This document shows, in pieces, positions 1-8,247 of a DNA stretch of 64,000 nt. The translations under genes were made by a program, and so were the position numbers. The notes under the pieces were generated by a model that did no database searches, was not told where the DNA came from, and was given only the letters and a program-made list of their open reading frames with translations. Within the stretch, counting starts at the first letter, position 1; each line of letters opens with the position of its first letter. Source of the DNA: Candidatus Hodarchaeota archaeon. Its GTDB lineage: Archaea; Asgardarchaeota; Heimdallarchaeia; Hodarchaeales; Hodarchaeaceae. The DNA lies in contig JAHQWW010000008.1 in NCBI GenBank assembly GCA_029856365.1, positions 1-64,000 on the forward strand, read 5' to 3'.

Positions 1-359
1 CCCGCCTCTAATCCGAGATCAAAATCACCTTTGTAATTTTTCGAGAATTTGACACCCCAAGAGGCTAGTTCTTGGATACGATCAGGTGCAGAAGAAATAA
101 TTTGCCGAGCGACTATTGAATGGCAGAGGCCATCGCCCACTGTCATTGTATCCTGTAAGTGAGTGTCAAAAGAATCCTCTAATGAAAATACTGAAGCTAT
201 CCCTGCTTGAGCTAGCGCAGTAGCACAATCAGACAAAAAAGTCTTAGTTAAAACTACTACTTTCCCGAATCCAGCAACTTTGAGAGCAAGTGATAAGCCA
301 GCGATTCCAGAACCAATAATTAATACGTCACATTTCACTTCAGGATCTTCAATTTCCAA
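1..359 (-). CDS. nadB: L-aspartate oxidase, N-terminal part (runs off window start)
   Basis: Own translation from TTG at 359: LEIEDPEVKCDVLIIGSGIAGLSLAL...ATALAQAGIASVFSLEDSFDTHLQDTMTVGDGLC...DLGLEAG. FAD-binding GxGxxG and NadB-type AQxGIA/GDGLC motifs; GAGGT SD upstream. Confidence 0.85.
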   Translation of the reverse strand, partial: MEIEDPEVKCDVLIIGSGIAGLSLALKVAGFGKVVVLTKTFLSDCATALAQAGIASVFSLEDSFDTHLQDTMTVGDGLCHSIVARQIISSAPDRIQELASWGVKFSKNYKGDFDLGLEA

Positions 360-537
360 GAGAACCTCATCCTCTTAAGGAAAATAACAGTAACAAGGTA
401 AGAAATTAACACATATTCACATAAACTTTATATCGTTCTCATATCTTATAATAAATCGCTAAAACTGATGGTGAAAGCCAAGAAAGAGGAAGAAAAATAA
501 CACAAAACCTTTCTGGATACTTGTCGTTTCTAGGCTA

Positions 538-921
538 ATGATGATTTGGGGAGGAGTTGGGTACTGGACTGGTTCAGGAGCCATCGGAATAATTGGTAAT
601 TTCATTATTGACTATTTTCTAGTAACCAATCCAACCTTAGTCTGGTTCATCCGCTTTTTTGTATGGGGTTGTGCAATTTTTGGAGCTTTGGGTGGATTTT
701 CGGTAATTTTAAGTTCCATCTTCATCTATAGGGAGCATGTGACATCAAGTAAATTTATTGTAGGGTTAGGAGCAGGTGTGGGTTTGATTAGTTTTGTGTT
801 TCTGGTGATTATTGTAGCATTAATGGGATTATGGGCTATTCTAGGAGTATTATGGGTACTAAGTAAAAATATAGGCTGGATGGGGGTTGTACTTAGCATT
901 TTTAGCAGAATGAAAGTTTAA
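538..921 (+). CDS. hypothetical membrane protein (about 4 TM helices, Gly-rich)
   Basis: Hydrophobic ORF; start uncertain because the frame is open about 20 codons upstream. Confidence 0.6.
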   Translation: MMIWGGVGYWTGSGAIGIIGNFIIDYFLVTNPTLVWFIRFFVWGCAIFGALGGFSVILSSIFIYREHVTSSKFIVGLGAGVGLISFVFLVIIVALMGLWAILGVLWVLSKNIGWMGVVLSIFSRMKV

Positions 922-1242
922 TAATTGAGGAACCCATCATATAATCGCTCTAAATCCTTTAAGATTATCTAATTTATTTAAGGAGTCTATGAAGATCTGA
1001 TAAAGAGAAGGAAGAAGATAGAATACTAAATATGTTTTCTTTCAGTTTCTTTCACTATTAAAATTGCGACAATTGAGAATATAAAAACCACATATGTAAA
1101 ACCTGGTCAATAATTTCAGTAATATCGGCATCCATTTCCCCTAATGTTTAGGTACCGTCTTCACGACAATTAATAGATCATGGAATTTATCAGCAATTTC
1201 TGAGGAGAAGCTAAAACCACGAGAAAGGATATAGATATTAGT

Positions 1243-2718
1243 TTACGCTCTCTCACTAATTCCTGTTGTGTTCTCGGGTCTAGTACGCCTTTTAAACTCA
1301 TAAAACTTCTCTGATAATTCTTGTACTTGCTGAATAATCTCTTGAACGTTTAAAAACATAAATAGATAATCATTAATGAGAATTTTCCCGTTAGAAATCA
1401 CATATCGAATTTCATTACCATTTGCAGCCCAAATCAAATTTTCTACCACATTGTCTAAGCGTGTTGGGGTTAAATTAGGAGCAGAAAGATCAACAACTAT
1501 TATATCTGCTAGTTTCCCTGGTTCTAATGAACCCGTATTAAACCCTAAGATTTGAGCTGGAATTATAGTTATTCGTTCAAGAACATCCTGAGCGGTCATC
1601 AGAGAAGCATCTTGATGAAGAGCTTTTTGATATTGAGCTGCTACGCGAGCAGCGTTAATAATATTTTGATTATCGGCACTTCCAGATCCATCAGTCGAAA
1701 TTGCAAATTCAATCCCTCTTCTTTTGAATTCTTGTATGGGAGGCATACCTGAACCAAGAATAGTGTTTGCTAGAGGATTATGTACAACTTTAGTTTGAGT
1801 TTGGGCTAGAATCTGTAGATCATTGTGCGTAGTATGCACCTGATGAGCAATAAAAGTATTTTCATCGAAAAAGCTAATAGAATGTCCATATTCTACTGGT
1901 GTCATCCTGTATTTTTCTGTGAACCACCTTGTTGTGGCAGATTCTTCACTAGAATGAATATGAATTAAGGAATTGTGGTCTTGAGCCCATTTTTTTAGTA
2001 TTCTTAGAAGTTCTGGTCCATTTGAGAAAAATTGATCAGGTCCAGGAATAATCTTAATATCTACTGAATCTTTATACTTCTCATTTAATTTATCAAGTCT
2101 CTCTACAGCGATTATAGCTGGCTTATCTAGTATTCTTGGGTCATAATGTCGATCTTGTGACCCTACAGCGATCATGATTTTTGTTCCAGCCATTTGGTTT
2201 GCTTCAACTAGTTCATCTACGTGATATTTATTGAAATTGCAATGATGAACCAAAGCAGTAGTTATTCCATGCTGTAGGTCATCTATTCGGGCTTTAAGGT
2301 AAGTTATTAGATAAGGTGACTTGCCAAAATGCTTCGTCAAACTCTCTTCTTCAGAGTGTAAAAAACCTGTAAATAAATTCACTGCTGAATCGAGCCAGGT
2401 AGTTAGGGGAACATCTTTGGCAATTCCAATAATAGGTGATTCGTGATCGTGACCATGGGCTTTAACAAATCCTGGGAGTGCTACTCCATTTATTTGAGGA
2501 ACCTCCCTTTTTTTTATTTCACCTATTGTTGTCCCAATAATCTCAAGTTCTGATCCATACGTATCAATAATTTCCTGACCTCTTTGATCATCGAAGTGAC
2601 CAACTTCTTTAATATGCTGTCCTTCAGTGAGAATGAACCCATCTGTTATTCGAGTATCACGTCCTAATACATTGGAAAGAGGCAAGAGAAATTTAGTTCT
2701 AAGCAATTTATACTTCAT
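1243..2718 (-). CDS. amidohydrolase family protein (MTA/SAH- or guanine-deaminase-like)
   Basis: PGFVKAHGH (HxH), IHIHSSE, VHNPLAN, STDGSGS, GSLEPGKLADI motifs. Start moved to MKYKLL (2718). Confidence 0.85.
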   Translation of the reverse strand: MKYKLLRTKFLLPLSNVLGRDTRITDGFILTEGQHIKEVGHFDDQRGQEIIDTYGSELEIIGTTIGEIKKREVPQINGVALPGFVKAHGHDHESPIIGIAKDVPLTTWLDSAVNLFTGFLHSEEESLTKHFGKSPYLITYLKARIDDLQHGITTALVHHCNFNKYHVDELVEANQMAGTKIMIAVGSQDRHYDPRILDKPAIIAVERLDKLNEKYKDSVDIKIIPGPDQFFSNGPELLRILKKWAQDHNSLIHIHSSEESATTRWFTEKYRMTPVEYGHSISFFDENTFIAHQVHTTHNDLQILAQTQTKVVHNPLANTILGSGMPPIQEFKRRGIEFAISTDGSGSADNQNIINAARVAAQYQKALHQDASLMTAQDVLERITIIPAQILGFNTGSLEPGKLADIIVVDLSAPNLTPTRLDNVVENLIWAANGNEIRYVISNGKILINDYLFMFLNVQEIIQQVQELSEKFYEFKRRTRPENTTGISERA

Positions 2719-2802
2719 TTGTTCACAAACCTGAAACAAGGCTCGATTTATTAAGCGATGTATTTGTATTCTCTGACAATAAGAAAGGAAAAAATATTGA
2801 AA

Positions 2803-2821
2803 AAGTTTGAGCTCCAAACTT
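2803..2821. promoter_or_regulatory. perfect 7-bp inverted repeat in a divergent promoter (possible operator)
   Basis: AAGTTTG-agctc-CAAACTT between the divergent amidohydrolase and dihydropyrimidinase genes. Confidence 0.35.
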
Positions 2822-2883
2822 AGTAAACAAGTAGAAATCTTGAGATTACGAAGTTAATTAATTTTTCATTGGATGAATAAGAA

Positions 2884-4251
2884 TTGGATCTTATTATTAA
2901 GAATGGAACCCTTGTAGATAGCATTAGATGCTATCAGGCAAACTTAGCTATTGCAGAAGGAAAAATTAGGGCTATTTTCCTAGGTAATAAGAACTATAAA
3001 GCAGAAAAAGTTGTTGATGCTGAGAAAAAAATGGTTTTTCCTGGTTTAGTTGATTCTCATGTTCATTTTCAACTTCAAGATATGGGGAAAATCATCTCAA
3101 CTGACAACTTTGCTTCAGGAACAAAAGCTGCTGCCTGTGGAGGAGTGACGACTATAATTGATTTTGCTGATCAAATGCGAGGGGAGTCTCCTCTAAAAAG
3201 CTTTTATGAACGTAAAAAAGATGCAGATTCGCAGGTGGCTATCGACTATAGTCTACATGTCTCAAAGACTGACACCAAATTTCTAGATGAGATTCCGACT
3301 CTTATTTCCGAGGGAGTGACAAGCTTTAAATTTTTCACAACCTATAGCTGGCGAAATCTTGATCTTGATGATGCAGAATTATTAGTTTTGTTTCGTGAGG
3401 TTAAGAAATGTCGAGGAATGGTTATGGGCCATTGTGAAAATGATGACATGGTTATTCGCAACATAAATAGCCTTATTCAGGCAGGAAAAACTGATCCTAT
3501 TTTTCATGCCCATTCACGCCCTCATATTGCAGAGGAAGAAGCTATTCAACGAGTGCTACTTTTTACCAAAAAAACTGGTGTTAAGCTTCATCTAGCTCAT
3601 CTTACTACAAAAGAAGGAAGTGACCTATTATCCCAAGCTAAAAAACAGGGTTTGAATGTCACAGGGGAGACCTGTCCTCACTATTTACTTTTAAATGAGA
3701 GAGAGTACAAAGGTTCAGAAGGATATTTGAATCTGATGTCACCACCTCTTCGTCATGCCAAAGACCAACAAGCATTAATGAAACGAGTGCAAGATGGAAC
3801 AATTGATCAGATCATTACCGATCATTGTGAATTTTCACGTAAGAGTAAAGGAGATGGTAACTTCCCTTTTCATCAAGTTTTAAATGGAATTCCAGGAATC
3901 GAAACCTCCTTGCCCCTTATGCATGATTTTTTAATTAATAAGCAAAAATTAACTTACCCTCAACTAATATCTCTAATGTCAACTAAACCAGCTCAGATAT
4001 TTGGTCTTTATCCTCAAAAAGGGAGTTTGATGGTTGGAACAGATGCTGATCTTGTCATTTTTGATCCAAATGTTGAAAGAACAATCACTCCAGAAATACT
4101 TCATTATTCCATTGATTGGAACCCTTACAGTGGACTGAAGGTTGAAGGATGGCCCGTTATGACCATACTTCGCGGAAAAATTCTTTACGAAAAAGGAAAC
4201 TTTGTTGGGCCGCACAATAAAGGAAAATTTTTGAAATGTTCAATTAGATAG
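2884..4251 (+). CDS. hydA: dihydropyrimidinase/hydantoinase (cyclic amidohydrolase, HyuA-like)
   Basis: PGLVDSHVH, GTKAAACGGVTTIIDF, carbamylatable Lys in TSFKFF, HCEN, ETCPHYL, SPPLR, TDHC. Confidence 0.88.
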   Translation: MDLIIKNGTLVDSIRCYQANLAIAEGKIRAIFLGNKNYKAEKVVDAEKKMVFPGLVDSHVHFQLQDMGKIISTDNFASGTKAAACGGVTTIIDFADQMRGESPLKSFYERKKDADSQVAIDYSLHVSKTDTKFLDEIPTLISEGVTSFKFFTTYSWRNLDLDDAELLVLFREVKKCRGMVMGHCENDDMVIRNINSLIQAGKTDPIFHAHSRPHIAEEEAIQRVLLFTKKTGVKLHLAHLTTKEGSDLLSQAKKQGLNVTGETCPHYLLLNEREYKGSEGYLNLMSPPLRHAKDQQALMKRVQDGTIDQIITDHCEFSRKSKGDGNFPFHQVLNGIPGIETSLPLMHDFLINKQKLTYPQLISLMSTKPAQIFGLYPQKGSLMVGTDADLVIFDPNVERTITPEILHYSIDWNPYSGLKVEGWPVMTILRGKILYEKGNFVGPHNKGKFLKCSIR

Positions 4252-4395
4252 ATATCTGTCGCCAGTGTTAAGATCTTCTGATGTAATAATGGCCTGAATG
4301 GGATTTTAGTAGCCTAGAAATGCTTAATTTTATCAAAATAGAATCCTAGACTTGGTAAAAAATTAATGCTATTTCAATAAAAAAGGTATTTTGAG

Positions 4396-4557
4396 ATGAA
4401 ACATCCAAAACAATCACGAAATGACTTACGTACATGTCCAAATTGTAAAAAATCCTTTGCACTTTCTTATGCTAGAGCCTTCGGATGTAAAGGATGCTCA
4501 CAAAGTTATCTCACTTGCGGTTATGTGAAATGTCCTTTCTGTAGTCATGAATTTTGA
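4396..4557 (+). CDS. small Cys-rich zinc-finger protein (53 aa), not in the ORF track
   Basis: Own translation: MKHPKQSRNDLRTCPNCKKSFALSYARAFGCKGCSQSYLTCGYVKCPFCSHEF*. Three CxxC pairs plus an extra C and H. Confidence 0.75.
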   Translation: MKHPKQSRNDLRTCPNCKKSFALSYARAFGCKGCSQSYLTCGYVKCPFCSHEF

Positions 4558-4564
4558 AAATAAC

Positions 4565-5419
4565 TTAATCCAAATAAAGGGGGGAAATGATTGGTTCAGG
4601 ACGGTGCCACTCATAAATTACATTAGTAGAATGCTTCGTTTGAATCTGGTAATCTGGAAGAGCAGGATTAAATTCCTCAATCTTCAGTATAATATAATTG
4701 ATGTTATGATCTCCTAAGTTGTTCAATGCTACATCAATAGTAACCCAATCCATTTTGGGAGAATAAATCTCTCCCCAGGCATGTGCTTCAACCAATGTTC
4801 CTTGCTTCTGAATATAGTAACCGGTCAATCGTCTACTCGGGATTCCACGTTTTCGTGCTAATGTTATGAAAAGATCTGAAAATTCATCACAATCACCAAT
4901 TTCGGAGAGGTAAGCCTGATAAGCTCCTAATCTTTCTTCTTGAAATTCACAAACTTTAATTTTTGCTCTGATATATTGATAAGCCATTTGTACCCATAAA
5001 GAAAGATCATCTGTACCAAACCATTCATGATCAGACATATTAAAGATGGTCGATGACTTGATAGGCCAGTATTTAGAGCTTTCATTGTATTTTGATTTGA
5101 TAGTTGCAGGAATATCTGATATTTTTCCCCAATCATCTCCTAGGTTAATGAAAGAAGTTGTAGGAAAAATAGAGCTAATCCTATCCAAAGAAATTATCCC
5201 TTTAGTTTGAACTTTCTGCTGAAAAAGGAAAAAAGAATTGATTCCTTTTCTTTTTATTTTACACTGTGAAGGAAATTTATCAATACGCACAGATTGACGA
5301 TAATTAGGATAGTGAAAGAACTTCAAACGAATTGATGGTGAACCAGTCTTAGCCCGATATAACAGTTGCTCCTGATGATGGATTTTCCAACCTGAGATTT
5401 CATGAGACCCATCCATCAT
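4565..5419 (-). CDS. transglutaminase-like domain protein
   Basis: Catalytic triad pattern GDCDEFSDLF...GIPSR...HAWGE...WVTID. Confidence 0.85.
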   Translation of the reverse strand: MMDGSHEISGWKIHHQEQLLYRAKTGSPSIRLKFFHYPNYRQSVRIDKFPSQCKIKRKGINSFFLFQQKVQTKGIISLDRISSIFPTTSFINLGDDWGKISDIPATIKSKYNESSKYWPIKSSTIFNMSDHEWFGTDDLSLWVQMAYQYIRAKIKVCEFQEERLGAYQAYLSEIGDCDEFSDLFITLARKRGIPSRRLTGYYIQKQGTLVEAHAWGEIYSPKMDWVTIDVALNNLGDHNINYIILKIEEFNPALPDYQIQTKHSTNVIYEWHRPEPIISPLYLD

Positions 5420-5506
5420 AAATACCCTTTAATTGTCTCGATTGTGTTTTTGAATCAGAAAAGCTTTAAATAACTTCTTTATTCTCATACAAAGAGTTGT
5501 CTGAAC

Positions 5507-5977
5507 TTGGAAGACGTAATTCAGCGGAAAAACTCCCAAGGGGTCTATATATTAGTTTTTGAAATAGTCCATTCTCTTTTAATTGATATAAGGAGATTCA
5601 AATGGCTGTTGAAACCAGGATTTTATCTTTATTTCGGATCTGCTCTAGGAAAAACCTCAACTTCTTTAGAGAAACGGTTAGCTCGTCATTTTAACAACCA
5701 AAAGAAAATTTTTTGGCATATTGATTATATAACTTCCCAATCAGATGTTAAAATGATTAATGCATATTATACCACGAAAACTGGAATAACTGAATGTTCA
5801 GCTCTCCAGGGATTTGAACAAAACTTCCAAAATACAGAAATTATTTTAAAATTCGGTTCATCTGATTGCAAGACGAAATGTGGAGGCCATTTGGTATTCC
5901 TTTCAAACAATCGGGCTGTTTTGATTGATCTTGCCAATTATTTCAATTTAAGGGGGTGGTTCTTGCACAAGGATTAG
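5507..5977 (+). CDS. GIY-YIG (Uri) superfamily endonuclease, DUF123-like
   Basis: GVYIL...YLYFGSA...RLARH...WHIDY...FGSSDC...CGGHL. Confidence 0.85.
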   Translation: MEDVIQRKNSQGVYILVFEIVHSLLIDIRRFKWLLKPGFYLYFGSALGKTSTSLEKRLARHFNNQKKIFWHIDYITSQSDVKMINAYYTTKTGITECSALQGFEQNFQNTEIILKFGSSDCKTKCGGHLVFLSNNRAVLIDLANYFNLRGWFLHKD

Positions 5978-6202
5978 TTGGTTTGTTCCTTCCCATGTTC
6001 CTTAGGCTTATCTTCATTTCAATGAGTACAAAATCCCTGAGAGGATCTATAAAATTTCACATCATTTTTAAATCAACTTTCTTATTTTAAATTGGTATAA
6101 ATCTTAATCCCATTTTATGATAGTTTAGTCATTTTGTGAATCTAACTCCGCCAAAATTTAATAAATCCTGTATTCTACCAATCTCTAAAGAGAGGTATAA
6201 AA

Positions 6203-7006
6203 TTGCCTTGGCCTTTTAGAAAAAAAAAGAAGAAGAATTTACCTGAACCTCCTTCTTTCTCTAAACAAGAAGATTCACCTTTTTCAGAACCTCCAAAAGA
6301 ATTTCTCCCCCCTCCTTCCCGAGAGATATCGATCCACGAAAGGCCACCAATCCATAAGGTCCCCCCAATCCACGAAGGACCTCCGATTTATGAAGGACCA
6401 CCAAGACAATCACCTCCGACAGATGTTTCCAAGCCTTCAGGCCTCCCGCCACCTCCACCTTTCCCAGGAAAAAGTCCCTCACAACCATCTCTCAGCTCTG
6501 AACAACCCAGTAAAACTCCACTTTTTGATGATGAGATTACAGATGAAATTCATGCTGAATTACGACAAAGAGCTTTTGGATCAAGCATGAGAAAAGTTCC
6601 TGAAAGAAAAGCTGTATCTATATCGACTGAAGAGCTCGCAAAACAACGACTTCGAGCTTCAAAACAAGAATATATTGAAGCAGGTAATAAGCACCTTGAA
6701 TTAAACTTTTTTGATAATGCTGCAATTAATTACGCATGTGCCGTTCTCTGTGATTTAATAGTAGAAGGTTGGCAATCAGCTCGCCAAACAATGTTGAAAT
6801 TAACTTCTAGAATACCCTCCGCGGTTGTGGAGAAGAGCTTTTTTGATAATGTCCGACTTCTACTTGAAGCAATCCGTACGAAGAATTCCACCTTTTTGAC
6901 CCGTGCTGAACAGGCCATACAAAAGAATATGAAACATCTCTACCCAGAAGATGCGGCCATGGTAGAAAAAGCGATAAAAACAGCCAGAACTCACTTTGGA
7001 TATTGA
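6203..7006 (+). CDS. proline-rich protein with polybasic N-terminus, WH2-like motif and helical SNAP/TPR-like C-terminal domain
   Basis: RKKKKK, about 100 aa Pro-rich region including GLPPPPPFPG, EIHAELRQRAFGSSMRKV, then a helical domain. GAGGT SD before the TTG start. Confidence 0.8.
   Translation: MPWPFRKKKKKNLPEPPSFSKQEDSPFSEPPKEFLPPPSREISIHERPPIHKVPPIHEGPPIYEGPPRQSPPTDVSKPSGLPPPPPFPGKSPSQPSLSSEQPSKTPLFDDEITDEIHAELRQRAFGSSMRKVPERKAVSISTEELAKQRLRASKQEYIEAGNKHLELNFFDNAAINYACAVLCDLIVEGWQSARQTMLKLTSRIPSAVVEKSFFDNVRLLLEAIRTKNSTFLTRAEQAIQKNMKHLYPEDAAMVEKAIKTARTHFGY
6332..6403 (+). repeat. 4 x 18-bp coding tandem repeat (IHERPP IHKVPP IHEGPP IYEGPP)
   Basis: atccacgaaaggccacca / atccataaggtcccccca / atccacgaaggacctccg / atttatgaaggaccacca. 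Confidence 0.85.
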
Positions 7007-7020
7007 GCTTTGAAAAATCT

Positions 7021-7060
7021 TTCATTAATATACAAATTATTTCATTAATACACAGATTAT
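7021..7060. repeat. 2 x 20-bp imperfect tandem repeat, intergenic
   Basis: ttcattaatatacaaattat / ttcattaatacacagattat between convergent genes. Confidence 0.6.
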
Positions 7061-7178
7061 TATACCTCAATTTTCCAATATTAAGCATATGGTTTAAGTA
7101 TTAAACACAACACTTAATTTACTCTTCAATTAAAAAATTGGAACAGAAAAATAAATAGCTCAAGCTAATTCCTTGAAA

Positions 7179-8228
7179 TTATAAGCCTCCTATTGTTAAA
7201 GCCATGATGGCTTTTTGCACATGTAAGCGATTTTCTGCAACGTCATAAATGCATGATCTTGATCCTGAGGCGACCTCGTCAGTAACCTCATGCCCTCTAT
7301 CAATTGGCATAGGATGCGTGAAGATTGCATTGTCCGTTAACGCCATTTTCTTTGAATCACAAATCCAATCGGGGTATTTCAGAGCCTTCTCAATTTCTTG
7401 TTCCTTCAAAAATTCTCCGTACTGATAGGCTTGAGGACTCATCCAATGACGTGAATACACCACATGAGCTCCCTCGTAGCCTTTTGTAAGATGATTAGTT
7501 GTTTCAAAATGTGTATCGTTCTTATTGCAGTTCTCTTCTGTCCATTTCAGAATTTGAGAATCTAAATCAAACCCTTCAGGAGAAGCAACTGTAACATCCA
7601 TTCCATACCGGGAACCAATTAACATAGCCTCTTGAACAGAACACCAAGAACGAGCAAGAGCACCATGACCCCATGTAACAAGTAGCTTCTTCCCTTGTAA
7701 AGTTCGCCAATTAGGAGGATATTTGGTACCTTTACTGAACCATTCTGACCAACCCATGACATCTGCAAGTCCTTGACAGGGATGATATTTATCATGGGCC
7801 ATTGAAATGATAGGAATTGTTGCCCACTTAGTATATTCTCGAAGGAGATGATCTCCTTGGCCATATGCTCCAACTTTATCCTCAAGAATTCTAATTCCAA
7901 GACCATGGGCATAACGAGACATTACCTGGGCAGCATCTTCTACTGTTTCCCCCGCGGTCTTCTCAGTTTTAAGACGCATAGCTTTTGGTTCAAGAAATTG
8001 GGCATGTCCTCCAAGTTCTGTAGCAGCAACTTCAAAACTCTGTCTTGTTCGCACACTTGGATTATAAAAAAACATAAAGAATGTTTTATGTTGTAATAAA
8101 CTAGTGTAGTGAGGGGAAAACCGTTCCCGCTTCATTCTCCCTGCTAAATCTAGTACTAAGTCTAATTCATGTTTTTCCCAATCTTGGGTACAAATTAAAT
8201 CTCTTCCATATAAATCTGAAAATTCCAT
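7179..8228 (-). CDS. carbamoyltransferase, OTCase/AOTCase family, atypical
   Basis: SVRTRQSFE, HPCQGLAD, HPMPIDRG, AENRLH. Start moved to MEFSDL (8228) behind an AGGAGG SD. Confidence 0.85.
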   Translation of the reverse strand: MEFSDLYGRDLICTQDWEKHELDLVLDLAGRMKRERFSPHYTSLLQHKTFFMFFYNPSVRTRQSFEVAATELGGHAQFLEPKAMRLKTEKTAGETVEDAAQVMSRYAHGLGIRILEDKVGAYGQGDHLLREYTKWATIPIISMAHDKYHPCQGLADVMGWSEWFSKGTKYPPNWRTLQGKKLLVTWGHGALARSWCSVQEAMLIGSRYGMDVTVASPEGFDLDSQILKWTEENCNKNDTHFETTNHLTKGYEGAHVVYSRHWMSPQAYQYGEFLKEQEIEKALKYPDWICDSKKMALTDNAIFTHPMPIDRGHEVTDEVASGSRSCIYDVAENRLHVQKAIMALTIGGL

Positions 8229-8247
8229 CTTAAGTAGCCTCCTATTC

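Noticed and set aside
5507-5977. GIY-YIG nuclease as a homing endonuclease or mobile element
   Set aside because: DUF123-type stand-alone family; no intron, intein or flanking repeats seen.
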